The notes under the pieces are model-generated. The model had not been told where the DNA came from, did no database searches, and saw nothing but the letters and a program-made list of their open reading frames with translations. The translations under genes were made by a program, and so were the position numbers. A stretch of 64,000 nt of DNA from Eledone cirrhosa. Its lineage: Eukaryota. The stretch is from assembly GCA_964016885.1 (NCBI GenBank), contig OZ024743.1, positions 2,108,001-2,172,000 on the forward strand, written 5' to 3'. Shown one piece after another: positions 27,510-40,367 of this stretch; the first letter of the stretch is position 1; each line of letters opens with the position of its first letter.

Positions 27510-30375
27510 TCTAGAGAGAAAACAAAATTTATCCCACTAAATTATCTTTTGATAAAATAGTTTGTATACCACAACAAATAGATGACGAAACAGATGCACA
27601 GTTTACCATAGCTAGAAATAAACTTAGACAGGTAGTAGACCAATATACTAAGAGAGAAAGCAGACCAGAAATCCAACAACTTGGAAGGAAACCTGTAGAA
27701 GGCCTACTTAGCCTCAAGCAGCGCACAAGGGATGGAGAGATAGTGTGTCTACCCACAGATAAATCTGGTAGGATGTCAATAGACAGTATGCCGAACTATA
27801 TCAAGGCTATGCAACCCCACATCATCAACACGAGCGAAACAACACAAAAAACACACGAGGAGAGAGAAGATCCTCAACGCTCACATAAGATGTGGACCGA
27901 CATCCTAAACCAGGCATACGCACTGCCAACAACTTCCAGGCGTCTAACAATGACATATCACTCTTGTATGGGTTCCGCAAAGACCATAAGGCAACTGATG
28001 ACCCGACGACAGGACAACCAACAAGACCTGTATGCGGAGCCAATATTGCTAGCAACTACAGGATCTCCTATTTTCTCTCGATGGTTATACACTCCATAAT
28101 TAAGATGTCCCCAGATATATGTGACAGTACAGATATATGTGACTGTATTGATTCTGCTGAGGAGGTCCTCAGCAGAATCAATGAGTGCAACAAAAACAAA
28201 AACTTAACTAACTACATAATAGGCAGTATGGATGTGGTATCACTGTACCCATCCATTAACATTGATTTTGCTGTGGGAAAATGTTGTGGAAATAATCAGT
28301 GAGAGCGAAGTGGAATTCTGCGACGTCGACACAAATGAACAGGGTCCCATACTTAGACTTACTTATGACACCGAGTACCTAGATGACCATGACCTTAGCT
28401 GTTTCTGCCCCAGTAGACCCATAGGTGGTAGAGCCCCCAACATAACCTCAAAGGCTAAAAAGACTCCCATGGGAAGATGGAATGAATGGACCAAAGTCAT
28501 ACGGACACCCATAAACAATGATCAAGTTAGAAAAATGGTCGCACATGCAATAGGGGCTAGTGTTAAAACTACCCTAAAGGGCCATGTGTTTAAATTTAAC
28601 GAAAAGATCTCCACCCAGAATGAGGGAGCAGCCATTGGCGTCAGCATAGCTGATGATGCTGCCAATCTATTTATGATATGGTGGGAAAGGAAACTCAAAG
28701 AACACCTTGAAGAGATCTCCATAGACCTCGTCATGTACTCTCGTTACGTAGACGATATTAATCTAGTAATAAGAATACCCCCACAAGAGAGTACTAATGA
28801 ACATGATTTAGAAGATAGCACAATGGAAAGCATCCAGCAGATAGCTAACTCCATACACCAGAGTATAACTGTGAGTGTTGACTACCCTTCCAAACACCTT
28901 AACAATAGGCTACCAGTACTAGACACGGAACTCTGGATTAACACTATAGACGAGAGGGCCCAAATTCTCCACTCACACTATGCTAAACCCATGGCCTCCA
29001 AATACCTGATACTCAAAAACTCAGCAATATCAAATAGTGCTAAGTTTAATATTCTGATCGCAGACTTGGTACGAGTGATGAAGAACGTGTCCCGCATGTG
29101 CGACCCAACTGAAATGGAAAGCCACATCTAACACTTCATCAACCGCATCCAGTTCTCTGGCTACAACTAAAGAGACACAATCAGAGTATACAAAGGAACC
29201 ACGGGGAAGTATAAAACCCTCATAGAAATGGCCACGAAAGGAATTTGCCCATTATACAGGAGCAAATCATGGAATAGCTTAGATAGGACTAAACATAAGA
29301 TAGGGAAAGCCACTTCATGGTACAACAACCAGAGATACCAGAGTGTCATGTTCGTGGATTCTACCCCTGGGGAGAAATTAGCTAACCAATGTATAAAGGC
29401 CCTAAGAAAGGCCCACTTAAAGATTAAAGTGGTAGAAAAGCCAGGAACTACCATAAAATCCCATGATCAACAAAACATACCCCCTTAAGAAAACCCACTG
29501 TACTAATAAGAAATGTGTTATATGTAAAATGAACCCCCAGATAAACTGTAAAACTAGAAATGTAGTCTATAACATAAGATGTACAGAGGGTACGTGCAGA
29601 AACATGACAACGACATACATAGGTGAGACAGCTCGTAGCATAGGTGAAAGGATAGACCAACACTGGAGGGAACTAAAAGGACAAATAAACGGTTCAGTAC
29701 TATACGAACACGCCAGACAAAGACATGGGGGTTATATAGACAATATAGAAATTAAAATATTTAAACATAGAAATGACCCAACAGGTAGGCAAATCAGAGA
29801 AGCAAGTGAAATAGAGTTTAGAAGACCAACGTTAAACAGAAAAAACGAATGGAATAACAACAACCATACCCAAACAAACAATACTGACTTAAGGGAAATA
29901 TAAATAAATAAATAAATATATATATACACAAGTACAATAACAACAAACACATATAAACACACACTAGTAAACAAAGATAGAATACAAAAACCAAAACACA
30001 TACATTCAAACACGAACACACACACCAAACATTATACACACACGCAAACGCATGCGCAGAGACGGAGACAAGAAGAAATAAATAAATAAAATAAAAATGG
30101 CGTAGACATTACAATAGAATACAATCGGAAGGAACATAATAATAGTACCACTGATGATGTTGCAGATGTGCAACGAAAGAACTTTGATAGACTATATATA
30201 TATATTTATATCTGTATTTTTAACCGTTGGTCATCAATGATAAACGTTGATTGCTAAATAAATTAACTATGGATATATAAAAGATACAGAAGCGAAAACC
30301 AACCAAACTGTGAGTGTGTTCTGTTATTATGTTTAGCAATATTATTACAATATGACCCTCTCCAAGTATAACAAT
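27510..30375 (+). mobile_element. Penelope-like retroelement family A, copy 1 (5'-truncated, frameshifted RT + GIY-YIG, 3' pLTR with HHR)
   Basis: ORF pieces show PTDKSGR, SMDVVSLYPSI, GAAIG, YSRYVDD, LPVLD and CxxxxCxxC...NVVYNIRC...YIGET...ER..QH (GIY-YIG). Ends in ATGACCCTCTCCAAGTATAACAAT-(AT)n and is flanked by (TA)n on both sides. Confidence 0.93.
30146..30189 (+). ncRNA. Minimal type I hammerhead ribozyme in the family A pLTR
   Basis: TACCA-CTGATGA-T-GTTGCA/GATG/TGCAAC-GAAAG-AA-CTT-TGATA: both core boxes and a perfect 6-bp stem II. Confidence 0.8.
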
Positions 30376-30459
30376 ATATATATATATATAATCAAGGTTT
30401 AGCAAATAAGGAAAAAGTTTCAAAATAAATTAAAAAAAATTAACTTTACTTAATATAGT

Positions 30460-30545
30460 TACCTTTACCGAATCGGTTTCGAATCTCAAAAATAAACGGA
30501 GTCCATACGGCCTTCGTTGCAAAGAAAGATTCTCGTCAGAAGGTT
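30460..30545 (-). ncRNA. Type I hammerhead ribozyme
   Basis: Reverse complement: ACCTT-CTGACGA-GAATCT...AGATTC-GAAAC-CGATTCG-GTA-AAGGT. Stems I, II and III all pair. Confidence 0.85.
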
Positions 30546-30663
30546 CTTTTCATTCAAAGAATATAAAATTCTTGAATTTAAATTACGAACTACCGCTATC
30601 CAAAACTGTTCCCGAGATGAGAGTAAATGAAGTGGAATCAATTTTTTCAAGGGCCGAGTGCAA

Positions 30664-30740
<77 letters not shown>

Positions 30741-30889
30741 GTTCAAGAGTAACCAATCTTAAAGAGAGAGATGGAGATAGGAGAGGAGATATGAGAGGAG
30801 AGATTGGTGAATTAGTTAGAAGCCATATGTTGACAATCTTTTAATAATATCTTCCTTGTGAAATTTGTGGTCTTGTTTTGCTTAACTAA

Positions 30890-30936
<47 letters not shown>

Positions 30937-31128
30937 TTATTTCACTATAATTATATATATAATTAATTATATATTATAATTAATTATTTCACTATTATAC
31001 CATCCTTTGTGAAACATGTTTAAGTTTTGAAGTTCGGACTGATCTGCGGAAAAAGTTTGTATTTTGAAATTTAAACGTGTCTAGGTACCAAGGCCTTTTG
31101 CCGATATGTGTTTGTGAGTATTGATTTA

Positions 31129-32892
31129 TTATTTTTTAGATCGACACAGGCAGACTTGGAATTTGGGTGTCTTATTACTTGCGCAAATGTCTAGATGTGC
31201 ACTTAGTGGTATTTGTCTCGTGGTTGGATCTCGTAATTGTTGGCGATGAACTGTCATTCTGTTTCTGAGTGTGAGTTTAGTTTGTCCTATATAATCTTCA
31301 TTGCATCCTTTACATTTAATGGCATAAATTAGATTTTTTGATGAGCAAGTGAAGTGATTTTTTACAGTAAAATTTTGTCCTGATTTAAATGTATACGTGT
31401 TGCCTTCAATGAGGTGAGTGCAGGTTCCACAATTAGAGCGACCACATTTTTTGATACTTGGTTGTGGGTTTGTGGTAGGTAATTTGGCATTGGTGAGTAA
31501 TGTTTTCAGTGATTTTGGTTGTCTTTTGCTTTTGATTATTTTGTGTGTTTCAAGGGCTTTTTTCATTCTTGGGTTTTGTTTTAGTAGTGGGATGTTATTG
31601 TGAATAGTGTTGTAAGCTTCCGCATTTCTTGGGTTGTGTGTTGAGATATATGATAGAATATTGGACGTACCTTGAATTTGTTTCTGTTTCCGTAATTCAT
31701 CAATGCCTATTGCTTTAGCCCTTTCTATTCCATTATTTATTAGTAATAGTGGGTACTCTCTCTCAAGTAGAATTTCCTTTAATTCTTGAAGTCTTTTATT
31801 TCGCGTTTCATAATTGGAGACAATTGTGCAAATTCTTCTTGCTAGGTTAAAAGGAATGTTCGTCTTCGTGTGCTTTGGATGGTTGGAGGTGAATAGCAGA
31901 TATTGTTTGGAATCTGTTGGTTTGTAGTGTATGTCAGTTTCGATATTTGTGTCTTTTTTTGTGATTAAGATGTCCAGAAATGGGAGTTGATCTTGGCTGT
32001 ATTCCATTGTGAATTGGATGTGATTATTGATGCCGTTTATTAAGTTTTTGAAATCCTTCAGTTGGTCGAGTGTGTGGGACCAAAGAATGAGGCAATCATC
32101 CCAGTAGCGTTTCCAATTCTCTGATAAATATTTGTGGAAGTTCAATCCGTATTTTGATTTGGACTGTTCATATATCTGGACTTCTAAGTATGCCATGACT
32201 AAGTTGGCATAAGTTGGAGCGGCTTTTGTGCCCATCGCAGTCCCCGATATTTGCTTGTAAGTATTGCCATCGAAATCAAAAAAGTTGTTCTGTAGGATGA
32301 ATTTTAATCCCTCGGTGATGAAGCTTTTTTCTATTCTGTCAGGTATCTCATTGGGATATTTCTCTAGCCAGAATCCTATTGCTTCTAGTCCGTATTGGTG
32401 TGGGATCGTTGTGTAGAGATTCACTACATCGAAAGACACAATAATAGTGTCGTTGTTGACATGTTTGGGGAGGTGGTTTAAGAGGTCCAGATCGTCTCTT
32501 ACAAGGCTTGGTATGTGTTTCAGTATTGGTTTCAGTAGTATGTCTATAAAGTTGCTCAATCTGTGTGTTTCACATTGTGGGCCCGCTACAATTGGTCTTA
32601 ATTTAAGGTCTGTGGGGTATTGTGTGTTCACGCAGGCTGAGGTGGATTGTTTACAGGCATCGTTGATTATTTTACATTTGTGGATCTTCGGAAGTCCGTA
32701 AAGGTTGCTGGTTTTGTATTCAAAATTTGTTAAATAATCGCGTTCCTTTTTAGTTAGGTCTTCCTGGTATCGATAAATCAGTGTGTTTAATTTGGTCATT
32801 ATTTTTGATTGCTGGTAGTTTTTTACTCTTTCATAGTAATTAGCATTTTGTAAGAGAGAGAACATAGAATTTTTATATTTTTCAGCCTCCAT
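31129..32892 (-). mobile_element. Penelope-like element family B (Neptune-like): 587-aa RT + partial GIY-YIG, truncated at both ends
   Basis: LYGLPKIHK, LRPIV, SFDVVNLYT, GTAMGT, RYWDD, LPFLD, KPTD..QYL...SNHP and CGRSNCGTC...FTCSSKNLIYAIKC..C..YIGQT. The ORF ends before the GIY-YIG domain is complete. Confidence 0.93.
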
Positions 32893-32894
32893 AA

Positions 32895-33168
32895 TGACGC
32901 GAAATTTATAATAATGGCGCGAAATTTATTATAATTATTGACAAACCAATCAAATTACTTCTCGAAAAACCTGGTTTTCGAGCCAGTTTTTCCATATAAA
33001 ACAAGTAACATTTAGAGACCAACCAGATGTGAGAAAAACCACAGACCCTCCATCTCAACTCACCTTTTGAAAAGCAGAAGAACTGCGAAACCGGTAAAGG
33101 AACCAAATAAATATATATATTTTTAAAAAAATAAGACTTCAGTTGCATTTTCGATTTCATCCCTTTTT

Positions 33169-33175
<7 letters not shown>
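32895..33175 (+). mobile_element. Inverted pLTR at the 5' end of the family B copy, with promoter motifs and a decayed HHR
   Basis: Directly abuts the truncated ORF in the opposite orientation. Contains GGCGCGAAA (32916), CCAATCA (32946), TATAAAA (32995) and CCTT-TTGAAAA-GCAG..CTGC-GAAACCGGTA-AAGG (33063-33100). Ends at (TA)n. Confidence 0.7.
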
Positions 33176-33225
<50 letters not shown>

Positions 33226-33382
33226 AAAAGTAGCGAGCTTATAGGAAATATATTCGCTTTAATTCCGATTACTCACATTACTCACACAGTGAGATATGGT
33301 TTGAACCCATAAGCGAGCGAACCTGTCCCAGAGTGCTAACAAAATGTATATTTGTAATGGGGGGACGGTCGTATGTGGTTGT

Positions 33383-33495
33383 CCCGGACTTCGTGGTTTC
33401 TGCAAGTAATGACTGCACCGGCAAATGCAACTTGCACTTTGCCAATCACAGTGGCAGCATCGTGCATACCAGTTCTGCATTGCGTCATCAGCGGA
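33383..33495 (-). ncRNA. Type I hammerhead ribozyme with extended stem II
   Basis: Reverse complement: TCCG-CTGATGA-C-GCAA...TTGC-A-GAAAC-CACGAA-GTC-CGGG, with a canonical GUC cleavage triplet. Confidence 0.7.
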
Positions 33496-33509
33496 TGTAA
33501 TTATTATAT

Positions 33510-33880
33510 GGTAATTTATTTATCGACCCCGAAAGTGTGAAAGGTAAAATTGACCTTAATGTAAAAATGCAGAGGGCTTAAAGAAATACCGCGAGGTTTT
33601 CTATCCGATACTCTAACGCCCCTTTCATTAGATAGCTATTATGTATCTCGTTTAACGTGTGGTGGATTGGCAGAATTGGTAGACCATCAGACAAAATGCC
33701 ATTGCGGGTATTGTTTTAGCTCTTTACATTCTGCGTTCAAATCCCACCGAGGTCAATCAACGTTGTCTTTCATCCCTCTGGAGTCGATGAAATAAAATTC
33801 CAGTCAGATACTGGGGTTGATTTAATAAATTTTACACTTCCCCCAAATGTACTATCCTCGTGCCTAAATTAGAAATCAAT
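33510..33880. mobile_element. Two divergently oriented SINE S1 copies (minus ~33510-33620, plus ~33655-33880)
   Basis: TTTATCGACCCCGAAAG..TGAAAGGTAAAATTGACC on the minus copy; GTTCAAATCCCACCGAGGTCAA..CTTTCATCC..GTCGATGAAATAAA on the plus copy. Confidence 0.7.
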
Positions 33881-34040
33881 ATATATTTTCTCCGGGGTCA
33901 AGAACAAAGTAGTATTCGAACTCAAGTGGTAAATGGACCAAATTAATATTGTAATGTACTGTTGATATTGTTTAACTCTAAATTAGTCCTGACCATGTAC
34001 ACCTACATTGAAAAACCCAGTCTTCAGGTCGGGCATAATG

Positions 34041-34203
34041 CAGACCTGCCAACCTCTAAAAACCCAAACGGGGAGAAATGAGGCAAAATGGGGAGATTTT
34101 ACATAAGGAAAGCTATACCCATTTTCACAAGAGAAGACATCTCTCACTCACCTTAAAGTGGGTGGGAGATCTCTCCATTGGACGGGGAGAGTTGTCAGGT
34201 CTG
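34041..34203. mobile_element. MITE with 13-bp TIRs and target-site duplication
   Basis: CAGACCTGCCAAC ... GTTGTCAGGTCTG, flanked on both sides by CATAATG. Confidence 0.8.
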
Positions 34204-34744
34204 CATAATGTATCTAAGACAATGTAATTTTTATGAGTCTAGAATGTGATTTGAAAAGAAATCTATTTCTATTGTTATTTCTAGTATGTCGATTGACAAA
34301 GTAGTAGCGCTTTCATAGGCTCATATTATAATGTATTTAAACCACTAGATGATACTATTCTTCAATATTGGCTAACCTTTCGAAGAGAGGCGTGATTCAC
34401 ACGTAACTAAAACACTTCACACTGTAGATTATTCACTCAATCATTCTTATGCATAACATGATATACGTAACCTTATAAATATTATTGATTTCTCTCATTG
34501 GTGCCAAGCTGCAATTTGTTGGTGTTGGAATGTAGCTGATCAACTGAATCAACACCAGTTTATAACTGGTACTTGTTTTATTTACATTAGCTGGGGAGAT
34601 GGGTGATGAAATGCGAAATTCGAACTTAAAATGCTGCAACGCTTCGTCTTTTCTGTAACTCTGCTGTTTTAAACATCATAAGGTCACAAATTTAGACAGG
34701 CGTGGTATAGTTGATTCTATTGACTGACAGTATATTACTGATGA

Positions 34745-34897
34745 AGGCAGCGAATTGACAGTCGTTAGAACGTCTGATAGAATGCTTTGCTGTATTTGTT
34801 CCGGCTCTCTGCGCTCCGAGTTCAAATCCGGCCGTGGTCAACTTTGCCTTTCATCATTTCGAGGTCGATAAAAAAAATACCAGTCCAGTACTGGGAA
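34745..34897 (+). mobile_element. SINE S1 copy followed by (CT)n
   Basis: GGCAGCGAATTGACAG...GAGTTCAAATCCGGCCGTGGTCAACTTTGCCTTTCATC...GTCGATAAA...TACCAGT. Confidence 0.8.
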
Positions 34898-34898
34898 G

Positions 34899-34993
<95 letters not shown>

Positions 34994-35149
34994 CACACTT
35001 TCTCTCTCTCTTTCTTTCTTTCTACGGAAGAAATCGTTGGCTGTGTTCAGACATGGAGAGTGCATGTGCCCTGCCAGGTTTAAAATGCCCAAAACACATT
35101 GTGTCACTACACCGCTCCTACGAGCCCATCAGGTGTCCATACATACAAA

Positions 35150-35310
35150 GAGATTAAAAGTGAGGTGAACAACGTTGAATCTACCTGTGAATTACGTTCA
35201 GATTACACGTGTCTGTGGAATGTTCAGCCACTTGCATGTTAATTTCACGAGCTGGGTGTTCCGTTGTTAGAACACCTGGAACGTTCGTCGTCGGAACCGA
35301 CGAAGGCCCA
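35150..35310 (+). repeat. Interspersed repeat, probable SINE 3' body; inverted homologue at ~48540-48670
   Basis: ACACGTGTCTGTGGAATGTTCAGCCACTTGCATGTTAATTTCACGAG matches the reverse complement of CTCGTGAAATTGATGTGTATGTGGCTGCTCATTCCACAGGCACGTGT. Confidence 0.6.
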
Positions 35311-35409
35311 AAACGCGCACAGAGTCAGTCACCCAAAAGACACCACACAAAAAGGGATTTATAAAGATTCTATTTCCTTGTATCAACTGCAGTAACCGTC
35401 ATTTCATTA

Positions 35410-35672
35410 CAGTCTACCTACCCCCTACCCCCGGCATTCGCGGTTCCGGTTATTCACTGAATATTCCTTAGAACCTAACTAATAATTGTTCGTGGAAACC
35501 ACCGCATATTCGCGGAATCGTAAATGTCTACCGCGATTTTTTAATGGATTTTTTCGTGGCAATATATATATTTTGACGTTCATAGGCATTTTTATGGACC
35601 ACGTCCAATATTCGCGGTTTTTTACTCTTCGTGGGTGCTCTAGGAACGTATACGAAAACCGAGGGACAACTG
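35410..35672. mobile_element. Degenerate pogo/Tigger-like MITE
   Basis: TA-CAGT.. left end and GAGGGACAACTG-TA right end, with repeated internal TTCGCGG motifs. Confidence 0.5.
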
Positions 35673-36610
35673 TATATTAAATACGATTAGGGCAGTGGAT
35701 TGAACAGAATCGTTAGAACATTTGTTTTGGTTCTTTACGTTCTTTCAAATCCCACCGAAGTCAACGTTGTCTTTCATAAAATAAAGTACTAATCATGTAC
35801 TGAGATCAATTTAATTGACCTTCCTTTCTCCCAAATTGATGGCCTTGTGGGTAAATTAAAAAATCATTATATTTAAGATAACACAAGATATTTGTGACTA
35901 GACGGGAAGAAAACGTCTAACAATTTTGTTTGTTTGAACTTTTATGCATTTCAAGAGTGATTATATTCTACATTTTTTTAACCAACCGCTTCTAACTTTT
36001 ACAGAGGTGCGATATCTGAAGATATAAATATCATATATATTTCTTCCACACTTGTACTATGCTCTTCAATACCAGATTTAGGAACCTAAATTGAGGAAAC
36101 TATATATAGAAGTACTGAATTCTTCCTAAACGAAATTTTGTAATTTCTTAGAATACTTTACAAACAAAACATGGATACTAAAATTAAGAACTTCATGAGA
36201 ATTTTTCTTCAGTGAAGTTCATTTCATTATATTATACACTGCATACAAACAGTTCCTAGACAAATATCTTAAACCAACAGGAAAAGACATACTATATTAA
36301 ATCAATAGTTTGCTAAAAGGCTAAATCAACGCTTTTAAAGATCATAAAAACTATTTTGGAAAGCAATCTGCTAATCGATGGTGAGAAAACCAGTTGTCAT
36401 TATAGAAGTTCAAACGACTGACTGGAAATGCCGACGTTAATATCTCTAACTGAAGGGTTGGGGTTTTACTTTTGTTTATTAGGTTCTTTTTTGTTTTGGG
36501 GGGTGGGGGTTGTTATTTTGTTGCTTTTTTTTTGTTTTTGTCTTTTTTATTGCATCACGTGATCAAGGTTTGAAGTCTGGCCAATAGTGAAAGTAATTAA
36601 TACTCATTAA

Positions 36611-36737
<127 letters not shown>

Positions 36738-36750
36738 TTGTGTGTGTGTT

Positions 36751-37083
36751 TGTGTTTCTGCATAGAACAATAAAAAAAAGGCCAGAAGTCAGAGGTAGGT
36801 TGTTAATTAGTTAATTGTTTTACGATCGTTTCAGAGGGTCGATTGGTCGTGGAAGATCGATGTATTGATCAGCATGGTAGTGGATAGACTGCTACCAATT
36901 TCTAGTCGATCGAACAGGTATTTGAAGACAAGAAATAGGTAGCAGCCTAACCACTACCATCTACTCGATACATCGATGTCCACGATCAATTGACTCTCTG
37001 AAACGATCGTAAAACAATATACTAATTAACTACCTACCTCTAACTTCTATCTTTTTTTTTTCATTGTTCTATGCTCAAACACA
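36751..37083. repeat. Imperfect ~330-bp fold-back unit next to (TA)/(TG)n, carrying only the 3' half of an HHR
   Basis: Arms GCATAGAACAAT...TTTTACGATCGTTTCAGAG... and ...CTCTGAAACGATCGTAAAA...ATTGTTCTATGC. GAAAC-GATC-GTA at 37000. Confidence 0.85.
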
Positions 37084-37180
37084 TATATGTAAATAACTCT
37101 GTTAACTCTGTACTTACGGTAAACATTAATGCAATTCAATTCAAACACTTTACGTACTTTTTCCACATAGGAATGAGGGA

Positions 37181-37261
<81 letters not shown>

Positions 37262-37396
37262 AAGGTTTTATTTAAAATTGTTGGGTTACAACAAGTAAAT
37301 ATTTTATAACTGATATAAAGCACTCGACAAGTTTTTGGAGTATATATACGATATTAAACAAATGGAAACTATATTTATAAAACCATATTTATTTCA

Positions 37397-37452
37397 TTAT
37401 ACATATTTCAGGGATACCATATTAAAAATATGGCATGCCTTCGTCAGATAAA
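37397..37452 (-). ncRNA. Type I HHR (mirror copy)
   Basis: Reverse complement of the motif at 37594-37649. Confidence 0.75.
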
Positions 37453-37593
37453 ATACAATATATAAACAGTTTTATAAATAATTTTGACGTACCATATTAT
37501 AAGCGACCATTAAATTAGGAAGCTGTCTAATTTAATGGTCGCTTATAATATGGTACGTCAAAATTATTTATAAAACTGTTTATATATTGTATT

Positions 37594-37649
37594 TTATCTG
37601 ACGAAGGCATGCCATATTTTTAATATGGTATCCCTGAAATATGTATAAT
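37594..37649 (+). ncRNA. Type I HHR
   Basis: TTAT-CTGACGA-AGGCATGCCATATT/TTT/AATATGGTATCCCT-GAAA-TATGT-ATAA. Confidence 0.75.
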
Positions 37650-37696
37650 GACATAAATATGGTTTTATAAATATAGTTTCCATTTGTTTAATATCG

Positions 37697-37760
<64 letters not shown>

Positions 37761-37766
<6 letters not shown>

Positions 37767-38129
37767 TTAAAGGAGAAAATGAATTGCGTCCGTAGGCGGT
37801 ATGCCGATATGAGTACTCGATGCTCGTGGGGAGCTGAGTATCAATAATAATATATGTGTGTTAACATGTAAAACTCGCGTCTAAGAGTGGTTTAGACGCG
37901 AGTTTACATGTTAACATTATATCTGAGGATGCCAGAGTCAGGATCGATCATCAATCGATCGTTCCTCGAGCTGATGTACAGTGAAACATATGTAATATGT
38001 AATTAAATATGGATATGATGCAACACCGATTCTTTGTTCCCTTATATATTATTATTGATACTCAGCTCCCCACGAGCATCGAGTACTCATATCGGCATAC
38101 CGCCTACGGACGCAATTCATTTTCTCTAA

Positions 38130-38135
<6 letters not shown>
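37761..38135 (+). mobile_element. Non-coding unit with ~92-bp terminal inverted repeats, an internal hairpin and an HHR, between (TA)n tracts
   Basis: TIRs at 37761-37855 and 38044-38135 are nearly identical. Hairpin at 37859-37916, CTGAGGA at 37923 and GAAACATATGTA at 37983. Confidence 0.85.
37916..38003 (+). ncRNA. Type I HHR with long irregular stem II
   Basis: ATTATAT-CTGAGGA-...AGGATCGAT/ATCGATCGTTCCT...-GAAAC-ATAT-GTA-ATATGTAAT. Confidence 0.6.
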
Positions 38136-38174
<39 letters not shown>

Positions 38175-38521
38175 AAATGGGGAGAAGAATACTGCATGGT
38201 TGCACATGGATAACATGTTATAAAATGAGTCCCTCATCAGTGATTTACCAACGGTCATAGGTATTTCATTGCATTAAAAATCATATACTTCACGTTGGCG
38301 CAATAATAACTAAAATAAGTTATTAGGACAATTAAAACACGTAAAGCGAGTGAGACAAGTAAACAACACAGAGGAGAGCTAACCGATATATATATATATA
38401 TATATAAGCAAGAAAGTAAGTGTTGGTAAAATCCAGTACTTCAGTATGCGGATAGGCTCATGTGTCCCAAGGCTCTGATACCATCAACACTATACACACA
38501 GAGCTGGCATATCTAAGAACA

Positions 38522-38577
38522 ACTGCCTGATGAGGTCATAGCCATTCAATGGCTATCATCGAAATATATATAGCAGT
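38522..38577 (+). ncRNA. Type I HHR (same family as 58680-58734)
   Basis: ACTGC-CTGATGA-GGTCATAGCC/ATTCAAT/GGCTATCATC-GAAA-TATATATA-GCAGT, followed by an AATAA-type signal and then (TA)n(GA)n. Confidence 0.85.
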
Positions 38578-38637
38578 AAATAAGGGATTATGAGTTCATG
38601 CAATTGACTTATGTTTCGTCACTATATATATATATAT

Positions 38638-38775
<138 letters not shown>

Positions 38776-38793
38776 GGAAAAAGTGAAATTTGA

Positions 38794-39652
<859 letters not shown>

Positions 39653-40367
39653 ATACTAATATTATTAATAATGATAACAGATAAATATACAAGATGAAAA
39701 GGATATTATTTTATTCTGCTAGCATGTTTCTACAAGGATGAGAGAAATAAATTCATGGGAGAAATAAAAATTGTGAAATATCTCACTCAAGCACCATTGT
39801 TAATAAATAGTAAATGTGTCTTTATTGTGATCTGAGCATTGACTCAAGAAATTTTGTCCTAAACATTAATCCTATTCAATCTTGTGTTGTCAGAGAATTA
39901 ATAAAATATACAAAATTAGTAATATTAGTTTTAAAAAACATCCTTGCATCACATTTTCTTGATATCTGAAAAATAATGTACCTCAAGAAAGCGTTTAAAT
40001 ATAATTTAAGGACCGAAACGCTCACTAGAGGGGAGCTTTCTTCTCTGAAGAGTTCCTGCTGTCCAGCTCTCCTGAGAGTTTCTTACCACTTGAAAGCAGA
40101 GGCAGTTCCAACCAAATCTTGTTGAGGAGGAACAGAATCACAGAATCCACATACGGTTTAAAAGAACAAAAGTCTCCGATACCCAAGTAGCTAAAAACTG
40201 TCAGTAGAAGGGGCACCTAGGACTCGTGACCTGGGTGCGGCCCTGGTCCTTTAGAGTGTAAGCAGTTAAGAGGCGAAACACTTGTATGTGATGGAGGTGG
40301 TATCTTCTCTGAAAACCTTCGTTATCCAGCTCTCTCAAGAGTTTCTTAATACCTCAACTATTTGCCT

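Larger units (their letters stand above)
37341..37704. repeat. Near-perfect palindrome (178-bp arms, 8-nt spacer) with an HHR in each arm
   Basis: Arms 37341-37518 and 37527-37704, one mismatch seen. The right end runs into (TA)n. Confidence 0.95.
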
